Assembly (NCBI RefSeq): GCF_009914755.1
Contig: NC_060927.1
Reading direction: 5' to 3' (one strand)
Length of the DNA stretch: 64,000 nt
Source of the DNA: the human T2T-CHM13v2.0 reference genome, Homo sapiens
Both the position numbers and the translations under genes were made by a program. Below the pieces are notes generated by a model. The model saw only the letters and a list, made by a program, of their open reading frames with translations, searched no databases and was not told the DNA's origin. Positions within the stretch are counted from its first letter, which is position 1. The number at the start of each line of letters is the position of its first letter. Shown piece after piece: positions 43,291 through 60,167 of this stretch.

Positions 43291-43999
43291 GGAGAAGCAG
43301 TTGTGAGAGATGTGTCCTGACAGCCCCAGTTCTAGACACAGGCAGATTGAAAGAAACACCGAAAGCAGAAGAGAAGCCTCTGACTCTGTTTCAATTTGGG
43401 CTTCTGGGAAGAGAAGCCTCACCAGGTACCTGCCCTGTATCAATCTGTCTGCCTATTAGGCAGAGACAAGACCAACAATTAGCTGCCCATTCATTGGCAT
43501 GAAAAGTGTCGAGAATTTCCTGGATACTCTTGCAGGGGAAGAGCTTCTGTGAGGAGAGGTGACCCTATAGTTGACGGCTGGGTGGTCACTCAGGCTGGGA
43601 GCCTAATGGAAGTTCCCTGAGGGGGATCAAGCACAGTAGTAGGACCAAAGTGGAGAAGAATCAATTGAAAGGACCCCTGGACTCGGAGGAGCTAGAGTTT
43701 CTCAGCTATCAACGTAAGCAACAGATGTCAGCGAGATTCATGCCCTGTGATGGGGTCAACATGAAACTGGCTACAGAAATCAGAGGAGGTATAGGGCAGC
43801 ACATGAATCTGTGCTCAGGAACTGAGGCCCGTTCTTCACCTTCACCACTAGACCAGCTAAGACCCACCTCCCACACCCCAAATGCCATCTCAGAGAATAA
43901 GCAGCAGGAGGAGGATGAGCTGAGATCATGGGTCGGGTAGCCGCAACAAAAAGATCTTGAAGATGGTGGCTTAAAAAATAGGAGCTGGTTTCTCTCTCA

Positions 44000-45640
<1,641 letters not shown>

Positions 45641-46774
45641 TGCACTGGAAAAGTCTGTTCTTTAATTTACTGACTTTGACTCTGCCCCTTTTATTCTGGT
45701 AGGTGGTTAAATTACCAGTGGATCTTATTGATCCCGCAGGCTTGGTCTGTTTTGGTTTTGTCCTTAGTCTTAGGAATTGGTCCTTACTCTAGACAGAACA
45801 TGGTCCTTACTCCTAACTATGGATTGGCCGGAACTCCCAACACTGTGCCACCTCTGGCATTCCCATCCAGCTCTGAGCCCTATCCAGCTCTTAGCAGCCT
45901 TCTTCTAGACTTCACGGTGTCTTGCTGGCATGTGCTCAGCCAAGCCCTCAGCCAAAGGTCATTGGAGAAACCCAAAGTAGACTTGAAGCACCCTCACCCC
46001 CATGCAGATCCTCCTTTCTGTTGTATTGCCCTGCAAATTCCAGCCAATTCGGCAGCACCAAACTCCAATTTCTGCCTCTTGAGCTCAGCAAGAATGTGTT
46101 GCTCTGTGTAAGCTTCATCTCCCCATACTGTGACTCAGAAACGCCCCCAGAAAGAAAGCCAGGGCCAATATAGAATTCACCTCGTACGTTTCGTTTCCTT
46201 TCTCTCAAGGGTCACAGTCTGGTATCGCCTGTTGCCCAGTGCCTGAAAACAGTTGTCTCAAATATTTTGTCTGATTTTATAGTTGTTTATGGTGGTGATG
46301 GTGGGAACCTGGTATCAGTTACTCCCTCAGAGCTATAATTGGAAGTCTTTTCCCCTTCCTTCTGTAACTAGGGAATTTATTCAGTTCCCAGCTGTCCAGG
46401 GTGCTGGCCAATAGAATATGAGCAGTAGCAAAGGAGTGTGTCTCTGCTTCCCTTTGTTTTCTTTTTCTACTGGTGGGAATGTTATGGCTGTGATTGCTAG
46501 TTTTCTATGAAAATCTCTTCTGCATAATTAACAGATTTAAAGCAGAGATCTCAAAAAGAAAAGAGACAAAGAGGATGGGATAGAATAAAAAGCATACAAA
46601 GGAATAATGACCAAATTTTCCCAACATTTAGTGAAAACATCAACCTACAGATGCAAGAAGTTCAGTGAACTCCCAGGATTAAAAAAGAAAAAAAAGAAAG
46701 AAAAAGAAAAAAAAAACTATACTTGGGCTCATTACAGTCAAACTGCTGAAAATCAAATATAAGGAAAAAACCTT

Positions 46775-47125
<351 letters not shown>

Positions 47126-47181
47126 TTATATATAAGGGATGACATGAATGAAGGCTGACTTCTCTTGAAGAGCAAGGGAGA

Positions 47182-47584
<403 letters not shown>

Positions 47585-47614
47585 TCAAACATATGGGTAA
47601 AAGAAAGACATTTT

Positions 47615-47722
47615 GGCTAAGTGCAGTGGCTCCTGCCTATAACTCCAGCACTTTGGGAGGCCAAGGTGGGAAGATGGCTTGAGGTCAGGAGTTTGAGACC
47701 AGCCTGGGCAACATAGGAAGAC
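47615..47722 (+). mobile_element. Alu left-arm fragment
   Basis: Ends without a tail at an L1 junction. Confidence 0.8.
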
Positions 47723-48030
47723 AAAACTGAAGGGAGAAATAGACAAATCCACAATTATAGTTGGAAATTTTAACATCTTTCTGTCAGTAATTGATAAAAT
47801 AACTAGACAAAAAAAATCAGTAAGAATATAGATTTGAATGATACTAGCAACAGGACCTAACTGACATATATAGGACAATATGCCCAACAACTGCACTTTC
47901 TTCTCAAGTGCATACAGATTATTCCCAGGATAGGCCATATGCTGGAGGATAATATGTCTCAATATATTTCAGAAGACTGAAATTTCACAGTGTATGTTTT
48001 CTGACTACAATACAATTAAATTAGAAATCA

Positions 48031-48364
<334 letters not shown>

Positions 48365-48998
48365 TCACAATAGTTAAAACTAGAAATACCCCAAATGTCT
48401 ATCAATAGGAGAATGGACGAATTGTGGCATATTTAAGCAATGGAATACAATTTAACAATTAAAATGAATAAACGACTGATAGGTGTGACGTGTGAATCTC
48501 AAAGATATTATGCTGAGTGACACAAATGAGTACACAATGTATTATCCCATTCATATGATGTTCAAGAAGGGGCGAAACTAATTTGTAGTGATAGAAATTG
48601 GAATGATGGTTGCCTGTAAGCGTTGGGCATAAGGGAATTTTCTAGGGTAATGAAAATACATTTTGACTTGTGTGTTGGTTACATAGGTGTAATTCATCAA
48701 AACCTTTTGTGTCATACACTAAGATCTTTGCGTTTCACTCACAGTACATAAGTATTCCTCAATGAAAAAGAAGGGAAGAACAAATATTGAGGGGCTAACT
48801 CAGTTTCTGGTCTATCATTAAATATCCTTTATTTTTTCACTTAATATTAAAAAATTCCTTTGTGCAGTACTCAATGTTTGCTGCTGTAATTGATAAATCC
48901 CTAAATCCCACTGCCTTAGCACAAAAATGTTTCTCATTCACATGAGGCCCCTAATGGGTGCTCATGATCCATAGGGAGTTCTCCAAGTGTTGACTTAA

Positions 48999-49288
<290 letters not shown>

Positions 49289-49584
49289 CTATCATGGCCT
49301 CCACCATCTCCATAACATGGCTTCCAAATTCATTGCCTTTGTCTACATTAAGCAAGAAGGGAGGTTGAAGCTTAGAGCTTGTGCATAGAATGTTTTCATG
49401 GGCCAGGCCTGATGGGCTCACATCACTTCCACTCTCATCCTGTGGCGTTGAGTTTAGTCAAGTGGTTACACCTCACTGAAAGAGAGGCTGGGAACCGTAG
49501 TCTAGCTAGGAGCTCTAGAAGAAGAGAACATGATTTGATATTGTTAGCAGTCTCTGCCACACTGTTATTAAAATATCACGAAAG

Positions 49585-49810
49585 CTAACTTGTATTAAAC
49601 ACTACTCACTAGCAACTGTTCTAAAAACTTTACATGTCGTCTTCAACAACTCTTTGAGGTACATACTAATTTAATCTCTGTTTTACAAGCGAGGAAACTG
49701 AGGCATAGAGAAATCAAGGAGTTGTCCAAGGCACAGTGCTGGTAAGATGAAGCCTGGGTTTGAACTCAGGCAGCCTAACTCCAGAGCAGGTGTTTGTAAC
49801 CACTACTCCA
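49585..49810 (-). mobile_element. MIR
   Basis: 'ttttacaagcgaggaaactgaggcatagaga...gggtttgaactcaggcagcctaactccagagc'. Confidence 0.8.
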
Positions 49811-49944
49811 TGCTGCAGCCATGTAAGGATTGCATAATCTTCCAAATTTTTGGATGAGCCAAATTTTATTTAACCTTTTTCATATCGCTAGAGATGTAGA
49901 TTACATCTTGACTGGGGCTCTGCAAATAATGCATTGCTAACATC

Positions 49945-50252
49945 TTTGTTTGTTTGTTTGTTTGTTTGAGACAGAGTCTTACTCTCTCTCCAGGCTGAAG
50001 TACAGTGGCACGATCTCGGCTCACTTGCAACCTCTGCCTCCTGGGTTCAAGCAATTATCCTGCCTCACAGCCTCCTAAGTAGCTGGGATTGCAGGGATGC
50101 ACCACCATGCCCAGCTAATTTTTGTATTTTTAGTAGAGACGGGGTTTCACCGTGTTGGCCAGGCTGGTCTCAAACTCCTGACCTCGAATGATCTGCCTGC
50201 CTTCGCCTCCCAAAGTGCTGGGATTATGGGTGTGAGCCACCGCACCCAGGCC
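49945..50252 (-). mobile_element. AluS with (TTTG)n tail
   Basis: TSD at(t/a)gctaacatct. Confidence 0.95.
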
Positions 50253-50849
50253 ATAGCTAACATCTTAAAGTTTTTTTCTCCCTATGTTATGAATTGATTC
50301 CTTAGGATTAATTTTTTAGTTCTTAAAGTTCACAAAATTAGGCTGAAAAAGTCTATTTCCTCTCCGAATTATGTACTGCATGGAAATGATCTCGTTATTG
50401 ACAAGACATTCATCATTAGATATTAAATATTTTGGTTCATCTATCTCAGCTTGCAAATGATTCTGTATAAAATATTAATCTCTTTTTGTTGATGTTTGAA
50501 CCCTCATGATATTTGAGTAGATAGACATGAGTTTCTCATCCTAGGCAAGAGAGAAACAGAATTTTTCACTGGAAAAGGATCTCACAGCTTATCTGGTCCA
50601 ATTCCTTAGCCACTGGAGAAAGATAGTTCTAAAAACAGCTGAACGAAAATAGAAATTTTATAAATTGAATCACATTTATTTTTACTTATGCAGCACACTT
50701 GCTCTCAAAGAGAGCCTACGACAAATGCTTCAGTAAGTGAAAATTTAGCTTGTGAACAATTAGCAGCCATTAAAGCTGAGATGCAGAAAAGGATGAAAAC
50801 TGCAAGCTGACAAATTGGGCCTCAGCTTCTGAAGTGATTTGGCTGTTTC

Positions 50850-51015
50850 CAAATCATAGTTAACATTTACTGAGTGCTTAACTGCGCATCAGACACCGTG
50901 CTCAGCACTTTACAGACTTCCTGTCATTGAATCCTTGCAGCCCATCTAGGGGGTGCATACTGCTAATATCTCTATTGTACAAAGGAGGAAACGAGCTTAG
51001 GGAGGTTAAATAAGG
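50850..51015 (-). mobile_element. MIR
   Basis: 'aacatttactgagtgcttaactgcgcatcagacaccgtgctcagcactttaca'. Confidence 0.7.
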
Positions 51016-52412
51016 ATGACTTTTAAAAGCAGAAAACACCCCGACGAAATAGTTCATGCAATCCATTAACATCATTTGTATCTTAGATTCTTTGACAAGG
51101 TTGGAGATGGCGTGGGGATTCCACTCAGGTAAATAATTCCCAAATTCTAAAATTAATAGTTTCTCAGGTTAAAAAAAAGGATAATATAGAAGGCTAACAA
51201 GTATGGTGAAAACCTAGATTTTCTTGAAAGCTGAGGTTGGAAAGGACATTTGATTGATTGATTGATTGATTGATTGATGAGCCTTCGAGAAGAGGCCCCC
51301 AGGAAGTCTATTGTAGAGTTTCATTCTCTGTCACTTGCTTGTTCTCTATTTCAAAGCCCTCCCACCAAGTGTCGGGATCCCTCCCTCCTTCCTTTTCTTT
51401 CTCCCCTCTTCCCACATGCTCTCCCAGAGCCTCTTCCCAGGCCCAGCCTTCCCTACCTACCTCAGTCCTTCCCTGCCATTCAAGCCACAAACCTGTGGAA
51501 CCTTCTTGAACTCAGAAAGGAGAGGCTGACTTCCAAAGGGTTCCAACTATTTAAATGAGCAGTTCCTCCCCAGACGCCAACCCTTATCCCAGGAGCACAG
51601 CACTCGTGCCTTGCTTGGAGGAGAAGTGTGCCCCATGGGCGGTTGATTGGCCTGATGACTGTCCTTCAGCTCAGGCACCACTGGAGGCTGAGCTCTCACT
51701 GGGAGGCAGTCACAGGTGCAGGCAGGCTCCGGGGATAAGGAGCTGTGGTGTCTTTCCAGTGCTCCTGTGTGTACTTGGTGGAGCTGAGAACAGCCAGACA
51801 CTGGATGAGAGCTTGGCTTTAGGATAACGCCCTACATTTGGGGCCCCATGGTCTCTGGTGTCCCCACCTGGATTGTGGCAGCCTACTCTGGGGCAGGGGA
51901 GGAGATTCCAGGAAAAACAGGGCCAGAGTGTGCCGTGAGGTGGAGGTGCTGTGGAAGGGGGCCTTGGTTCCAGCCACACGAGCCTCCCTCCACTTGTCAC
52001 TGAGGAGTCATTGGCACCTTAGCTCTTGGCGCAGGGAGGTTGGCAGCAGGCATCACAGGCTGCCTCCCTCAGGGAGCTCACAGTCTCCATAGAAAGACGT
52101 GCAGGTGCACGCTGGCTCACACACACACACAGCACATGCACACACGCAGCACATAACGAGAACTAACAACTGGCAAACTCAAGAGCTGTGGTGGCTCCAG
52201 CAGTGCCGCTGCTGCTTGTGGGTGGGAGATGTGGGGGCATGCATAGGCTGATTTTGCAGGTGGCTTTGGAGCAGTGGTTCAGGCAAAGGCGTTACAGGAC
52301 CTAGAGCTGGGCCCAGGTGGAATCATTGTCTTATTGGGTGACTTTAGCCAAACTAGGAGTCTTAATGCTACCTTACAGGTTTTGTGTTTTTGTTTAGAAT
52401 TAAAAGAGGCAG

Positions 52413-52712
52413 GGCCAGGCGAGGTGGCTCACGCCTGTAATCCCAGCACTTTGGGAGGCCGAGGTGGGTGGATCACCTGAGGTCGGGAGTTCGAAACCAG
52501 CCTGACCAACATGGAGAAACCCCGTCTCTACTAAAAATACAAAATTAGCTGGGTGTGGTGGCGCATGCCTGTAATCCCAGCTACTCAGGAGGCTGAGGCA
52601 GGAGAATCGCTCGAACCTGGGAGGCGGAGTTTGCGGTGAGCCAAGATTGTGCCATTGCACTCCAGCCTGGGCAACAAGAGCGAATCTCTGTCTCAAAAGA
52701 GAAAAAAAAAAA
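52413..52712 (+). mobile_element. AluSp-like
   Basis: 'gaggtcgggagttcg...cctgaccaacatggagaaacccc'. Confidence 0.95.
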
Positions 52713-53418
52713 TAGTGGCAATATCGGTGTAAGAGCCTACCATAGAGAAGTGCTTCATGGCAGCTGAACCTGAACCTGGCACATCCTGGGACGCCTGTGG
52801 CCGCAGGGGAACCGCCTGGCCCAGCAGAGCTCGCTGTTTGATATGAACACGGATCACACAAGACAACTGGTAACAGCAGTGGCCTCCTGGGAGGGGAAAG
52901 GCTTACCACGGGCAAGACAGGGAGGGACATTTGTTTTTTTAAATTTTGTACACGATACATCTATTTCTTGGTTCAAAAGTATGTCAACCATTTTCCACCT
53001 TGGCCTGCACGCAGTGGGGTGCTGTGAACGTTCAACAAGGGGCTCTGGGGCAGCCTGATACCAGCAGGCTCCAGCGCCCCCACCGGTTGCACAGGTGTGG
53101 TAAGGCCAAAGCTTAAGGACTGATGACTAAGGTTGCTGTTCTCCCTCAGTGGGAGGGAAACCAAGGTCCAGAGAAAGCCGAGGCTCTCTCTTAGGACCAA
53201 AAATCCAGCGGTGGCAAAATTGAGTCTGAATCCAAGTCATTTGACTTGGAAGGGCCTGGGTTCAGGTCCAGCCTCTCTGTCCAGCTGTGACCTGAAACAA
53301 GTTGGCTAACGTGTCTGAGCCTGTATTTTCTTGAGGATGATAATATCCACTTCTCAAGATTGTTTTGCAGCTTCACTACAAAAAAAAAAAAACAAAAACA
53401 ACAACAAAAAAAAAACTA

Positions 53419-53878
<460 letters not shown>

Positions 53879-54115
53879 TCACCTTTTCCTCTAGCCCCTC
53901 AGTTCAGCATTAGTCAAGCTTTTTAACCTACTCTTGAACGTATCAAGAGCCTTCTTTACTTGGCCCACCCTGGGTAGAACTGGGATTCTCCCCAGTTCCT
54001 GAAGTTTCCATGGCTCTACTCTGTAACAAGGAAAAGGGAAACATGCGTCCTCCCTCCGCTGGAGTTTCTCCACAGGTGAGTCCTTTGCTGCCAAAGGTTG
54101 TACCTGTTCTGCCAC

Positions 54116-54128
54116 CGCCCCCTGCTGG
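54116..54128 (-). promoter_or_regulatory. CTCF core motif CCAGCAGGGGGCG
   Basis: Full match to CCASYAGRKGGCR. Confidence 0.7.
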
Positions 54129-54164
54129 TGACTCTTACAAGGCGCCCTGTCTTCACTGGCATCC

Positions 54165-55300
54165 GAGCAGGTTGGAATTTAAGGGAAGTATCTAGATCCA
54201 CCTAGATGGGGCTTGGTGAGGAGGAATCAAGCTGCTGGGTCTCGAGTAGCCTCCATCTCTGCACCGTGGCCACTGTGCCCATCATGCCGGCAATGGGCTG
54301 TCCAATGGCAAAGGAAGGCTGATGGAGGTTGACCAGGTCATTTTGTCTAGTTGGTTGTTCAGTGCCTGTCCGCAGTGGATGCTCTCTGGCAGCTGTGAAC
54401 ATGCGCTACAAAGACCTTCACACTTGGGCCCACTCCCAAATGTCCAGACACATCCTCCAGCCCAGACCTGCTGCTCCTCATCTTCCAGCCTTTTTCCTTC
54501 AGGTCCCAGCCTCCAACCACTCAGCTGAGCCATCAGCCACTACCCATGAGTTGTACATATCTTAACTTTGGGACCCTTCTCTTTCCACACAAAGGGGATG
54601 ATTAGCTGCACCATCTGAAACTCCGCCTATTTATTGGAGGATTTTCTCCAATAATTTTGGAGAAATAGTTTCCAAAATTATTGGAAAATTATTCCAAAAT
54701 AATTCCAAAACTATTGGAAAATTCCAAAATGATTTCCAATAATTTTTTCCAATCCACCCCTGAGTGAGGCTGCCATCATTTTAATTTGCACATACATGTG
54801 GAGCTGACCCATCTGTACCCCAAGTTCAGGCTTTTCCTCCCCGCTTTGGCTGGTTGGACAGGAACCCATAGAATCATGGGCATGAGCTGGGGTGGGGGCC
54901 CTGCGGCTTGCTGTCCACTCACTTCAATCCTGGAGGACGCACCTCCATCTTACAACGGGCTGCTGCTGAGCCTGCTTGGCCTTACAGCTTGGGAGGACGA
55001 CGAGACCCAGCTCACAATGGGACCGACGAGACCCAGCTCACAATGGGACCGACGAGACCCAGCTCACAATGGGCAGTTCTGGTTGCACAGTCACTTGGTC
55101 CTCCGTGGCAGTTTCTTATTTTATTTAATTTATTTTTTGGCATGTAGTCCTCGCTGCAGCTGGCATGGCCTTGCTAGAGATCTCAGAGGGCTCGCTGTGA
55201 GTCTCCCACCCGAGCCTGCACAATCGCCACAGGCGTCTTTCCCCGCCATTGATCTTTCAGCACCATAATATCTGCTGGGCCAGAGGTTTCAGGCGACAGG
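54165..55300 (-). mobile_element. ERVL-class pol remnant (RT connection, RNase H, integrase N-terminus)
   Basis: Frameshifted minus-strand peptides SKAMPAAA, DQVTVQPELPIVSWVSS, WGTDGSA, AEFQMVQLIIPFVWKEKGPKVKICT, IWEWAQ, VKVFVAHV, ALNNQLDKMT, SGHG..RDGGY and PTC, in ERV-L pol order. Confidence 0.85.
54999..55073. repeat. Perfect 26-bp tandem repeat x2.9 (gacgagacccagctcacaatgggacc)
   Basis: Seen directly. Confidence 0.95.
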
Positions 55301-55424
55301 CTGCATCTGTAGATGACACAAGGCTACCTGGAGTCATTAGGGTAGGGCAGCCTGAGCAGGGGCTGCCACTTCCTTCTCAGGGGAAGCTCTTGTGAATGCA
55401 AATGGGGCATGTTAAGTCCTGGAA

Positions 55425-55703
55425 GGAGAGAAAGAGAGAGAGAGGGAGAGAGACAGAGGTGGGGGGGGTGGGGCGGGGAGAGAGAGACAGACAGACGAGA
55501 GAGACAGACAGACAGGGCAAGGGGAGAGAGAGAGAGGTAGAAAGAGAGAGAAACAGATGGGAGAAGGGGGGAGGGGGGAGAGAGAGAGACAGAGAGGGGA
55601 GAGAGAGAAGGGAAGGAAGGAAGGAAAGAAGGAAGGAAGGAAGGGAAGGAGGGAGGGAGGGAAAGAAAGGGAGAAGAGAAAGAAAGGGGAGGAAGAAAGA
55701 AAA
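55425..55703. repeat. GA-rich low-complexity tract
   Basis: (GA)n, (GACA)n and (GGAA)n mosaic. Confidence 0.9.
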
Positions 55704-55831
55704 TGAAGTTGCTCTTTGTTAGATGCTCTTGTGTCGTTTAGGGTCTTTTTCTGTATACATTGCCCCAACTAACTGTGAGTTCCTTCGGGGCAGAGTTAGA
55801 ATCCCAGCTCCTCCACCTACTAGCTATGTGA

Positions 55832-56197
<366 letters not shown>

Positions 56198-56642
56198 CCA
56201 AATGGGGATAATATTTTAGCCCACAGCACAGTGGTCTGTGAGCATTAAGAGAAGGAAAGCACCCCTCCCCACCAGCACAGTGTCTGCACCCAATCAGCAC
56301 TCCTTAAATGCTGGCTAGCATTCTCCTCCCCTGTGACCCTCTGGCAAAAGATTCCCCACCCCAACCTCAGCGCCCAGCAAATCTGTGCTAATGTGCGAGT
56401 GGGTATCGATGAGTTCATATAACCCTTGGGTAGCATGTGGTTAACATGTGTGCGTTTTAATAGGGCTATTTTACAGCAACTCTAATGATGTGTGGATTGT
56501 CTGGGGGCCATGGGGGTTGTTTTCTCAAGCTATAAACTCACCGATGCTCTGCTCCACATTCTCCTCAGAGTCTCTACCCTACCTCCTCTGTGGCCCAGGG
56601 TCTGCCCACAGCTGGCCCCTCACAGGTGCCCAGGGCTGCAGG

Positions 56643-56780
56643 GTGTGTGTATGTGGCTTGTGTGGTGTGTGTATGTGTGTGTGTGTGTGTTGTTTGTGTG
56701 GTGTGAGTGTGGGTGTTGCTCATATGTGTGTTGTCTACTTGGTGTATGTATGTGTTGTGTGGTTGTACGTATGCGTGTGT
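56643..56780. repeat. Imperfect (TG)n tract
   Basis: Seen directly. Confidence 0.85.
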
Positions 56781-57018
56781 CCTATAATTAAAGTCCCCAG
56801 AAGCAGGGCACCCTGCCTGGGTGCCACCTTCTCACCCCTCTCCAGGGGCTCTGAGCACCCCCCCACCCCCGCGACGTGGCAGTGGGCAGCACCTGTGCCC
56901 TGATCTTTGCATCTCAGCCTCTCGCCCAGGGCTTTGTGCTAACGGGTGCTCAATACGGTAGTGCTTTGCTAATTGGGAAAAAGCGGTCGCGGGATGTTCT
57001 TTCCAGGGCAGTGCTGCA

Positions 57019-57032
57019 GTGCCCTCTGGTGG
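57019..57032 (-). promoter_or_regulatory. CTCF core motif CCACCAGAGGGCAC
   Basis: Full match to CCASYAGRKGGCRS. Confidence 0.75.
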
Positions 57033-57243
57033 ATTTTCTCTGAACTTCTCTAGGTTTGAGGTTCCGCTTGTCCTTGACAGGTAAGCCGGCCCTGAGAATC
57101 CAACCGCCTGGCCTTCTTCGCTTTTGGTCAGCCCTCCGCCTTGCAGAGAGTGGGGCTCAGTGGGAGCTGAGGCTGTGTGAGGGTGAGGCTGGGGTCAGGC
57201 TGGGGAGGAGACTGATGTTGGGAGTCCGGAGGTACAGTTATTC

Positions 57244-57349
57244 CTGTACCTCTAGCAATAAGAACTGTGAGGTGGAAATGCCCATTTCAGTGATGGTGGA
57301 GAGAAACCAATGGAACCTGAATATAGGCAGCGACCCCTTAGGAAGCATC
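57244..57349 (+). repeat. 106-bp direct repeat, copy 1 (copy 2 at 59611-59716)
   Basis: Ungapped hand alignment, 92/106 identical. Confidence 0.95.
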
Positions 57350-58369
57350 TCCTCCTCCTCTTCCTCCTCCCCCTCCTCCTCCTCCTCCCCCTCCTCCTCC
57401 CCCTCCTCCTCCTCCTCCCCCTCCTCCTCCTCCTCCTCCCCCTCCTCTTCCTCCTCCTCCCCCTCCTCCTCCTCCCCCTCCCCCCCTCCTCCTCCCCTCC
57501 TCCTCCTCCCCCTCCCCCTCCTCCTCCTCCTCCTCCCTCTCCTCCCCCTCCTCCCTCTCCTCCCCCTCCTCCTCCTTCTCCCCCTCCTCCTCCCCCTCCT
57601 ACTCCTCCTCCCCTTCCTCCCCCTCCTCCTCCTTCTCCCCCTCCTCCCCCTCCTCCTCCTTCTCCCCCTCCCCTTCCTCCCCCTCCTCCTCCTTCTCCCC
57701 CTCCTCCCCCTCCTCCTCCTTCTCCCCCTCCCCCTCCTCCCCCTTCTCCCCCTCCCCCCTCCTCCCCCTTCTACTCCTCCTCCCCCTCCTCCCCCCTCCT
57801 CCTCCTCCTACTCCTCCTCCTCCTCCCCCTCCTACTCCTCCTCCTCCTCTCCTCCTCCTTCTCCCCCTCCTCCCCCTCCTCCTCCTCCCCCTCCTACTCC
57901 TCCTCCTCTCCCTCCTCCTCCTTCTCCTCCTCCTTCTCCCCCTCCTCCTCTCCCTCCTACTCCTCCTCCCCTTCCTCCCCCTCCACCTCCCCCTCTTCCC
58001 CCTCCTCCTCCTTCTCCCCCTCCTCCCCCTCCTCCCCCTCCTCCTCCTCCCCCTCCTCCCCCTCCTCCTCCTCCCCCTCCTCCCCCTCCTCCTCCTCCTT
58101 CTCCCCCTCCTACTCCTCCCCCTCCTACTCCTCCTCCTCCCCCTCCTACTCCTCCTCCCCTCCTCCTCCTTCTCCCCCTCCTCCTCCTCCCCCTCCTACT
58201 CCTCCTCCTCCCCCTCCTCCTCCTTCTCCTCCTCCTTCTCCCCCTCCTGCTCCTCCCCCTCCTACTCCTCTTCCTCCTACTCCTCCTGTTCCCCCCTCCT
58301 CCCTCTCCTCCTCCTCCCCCCTCCTCCTCCTCTCCCCTTCCTCCTCCTCCTCTGCTTTCTCTTCTTTTC
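57348..58369. repeat. ~1-kb (CCT)n/(CCCCCT)n polypyrimidine tract
   Basis: Almost purely C/T on the plus strand. Confidence 0.98.
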
Positions 58370-58732
58370 AGGCAGAAATGCCTCCACAGATTCCCTTATT
58401 ATCCATGTAGAAAGGGAAGAAAGACATGAATGCTTGTATGTCAGATATGTTACAAGTAACTTGTTTAAAAGGGGAAAAGAAAATAGGGGAAGAGATAAGA
58501 AACAAGACAATAAATCTAGAAAATCAGGAATGAGAATAAAGATAACAACCAGAAAAGCAACAACAACGCAGAGATAGAAATCAAAACAAAAGCGATCTCA
58601 GTAATCATGAATAGATTAAATTATCCATCCTCTGCATACGAAAATACGAATATTTTAAATTTAGCTATTTCTTGTTAATAAAGATGACACATAAGGCCAA
58701 GATTCTCTTATACTAGGCAAATACTAGCATAT

Positions 58733-59360
<628 letters not shown>

Positions 59361-59379
59361 CCTATGAGTGGGATGAAGG

Positions 59380-59580
59380 AATGATGCCACTCCAGAGGGC
59401 AGAACCAGGGCCAAATGACAGGAGTTGCAGAGCATGAACCTTGACCCAAGAAAGGAGGAATTTTCTAGTCATCAGAGCTGTCCAAGCTGACTTCGCGATG
59501 TGGAATAAGGTCCCCACTACAGAGAGGATGGAGCTGCAGCTGAGGGGATTTCTGCACAGGGTTGGCTGGAGGCTGAAGTA
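59380..59580 (+). mobile_element. CR1/L3 3' fragment
   Basis: 'ccagagggcagaaccagggccaaatg...aggaggaattttctagtcatcagagctgtccaa'. Confidence 0.65.
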
Positions 59581-59610
59581 GATTTCCCTGTTGCTTTCCT
59601 GTAGGAGACT

Positions 59611-59716
59611 CTGTGCCTCTAGGAATAAGAACTGTGAGGTGGAAATGCTCACTTTGGTGATGGTGGAGAGAAACAAATAGAATCTGAACATAGGCAGTAG
59701 TCCCTTAGGAAGCATC
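59611..59716 (+). repeat. 106-bp direct repeat, copy 2
   Basis: Matches 57244-57349. Confidence 0.95.
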
Positions 59717-60167
59717 AGCTTCTGCTTCTTCTTGATTACTTCTTCCAGTGGGGAGCTCAATACATGGTGGGCAGCCCTTCCTTTCGGTCAACACTTCATG
59801 TATTGGGCAGGCCAAGTCTGTCTGCCTCCCCGAAACTTCCTCATCTCAGTCTCAGTTCCTCTCTCTTGCAGAGTTCTAAGCACTCTTCCAAAAGTGTGCC
59901 AGAGATTGTGCTGCATGTTGGGGACATAAAGATGAAAAACGTGAACTCTGCTGTCAGGAAGTTCACAGACTAGAGGGAGCTGGCTCATTCATAGCAGGAG
60001 CGCCACGAGGACAACGGGGTATTGCAAAGGGCAGAGCATGCAGGAACTGGAGTGTAGGAGAGCTCAGCCCTGGCTGGGCATCAGCATTACCCAGGGAGGT
60101 CTGAAAACTCCCACACCCACGGGGTCAGAGTATCCAGAGATTGTGAGGGCAGGGCCCAGGCTTTGGG

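Noticed and set aside
57056-58429. 457-aa and 366-aa Pro/Ser/Leu-rich ORFs
   Set aside because: A C/T-only tract cannot encode stops, so these ORFs are compositional artefacts
59388-59402. Plus-strand CTCF-like ACTCCAGAGGGCAG
   Set aside because: Mismatches at the 5' core positions and lies in ordinary CR1/L3 sequence
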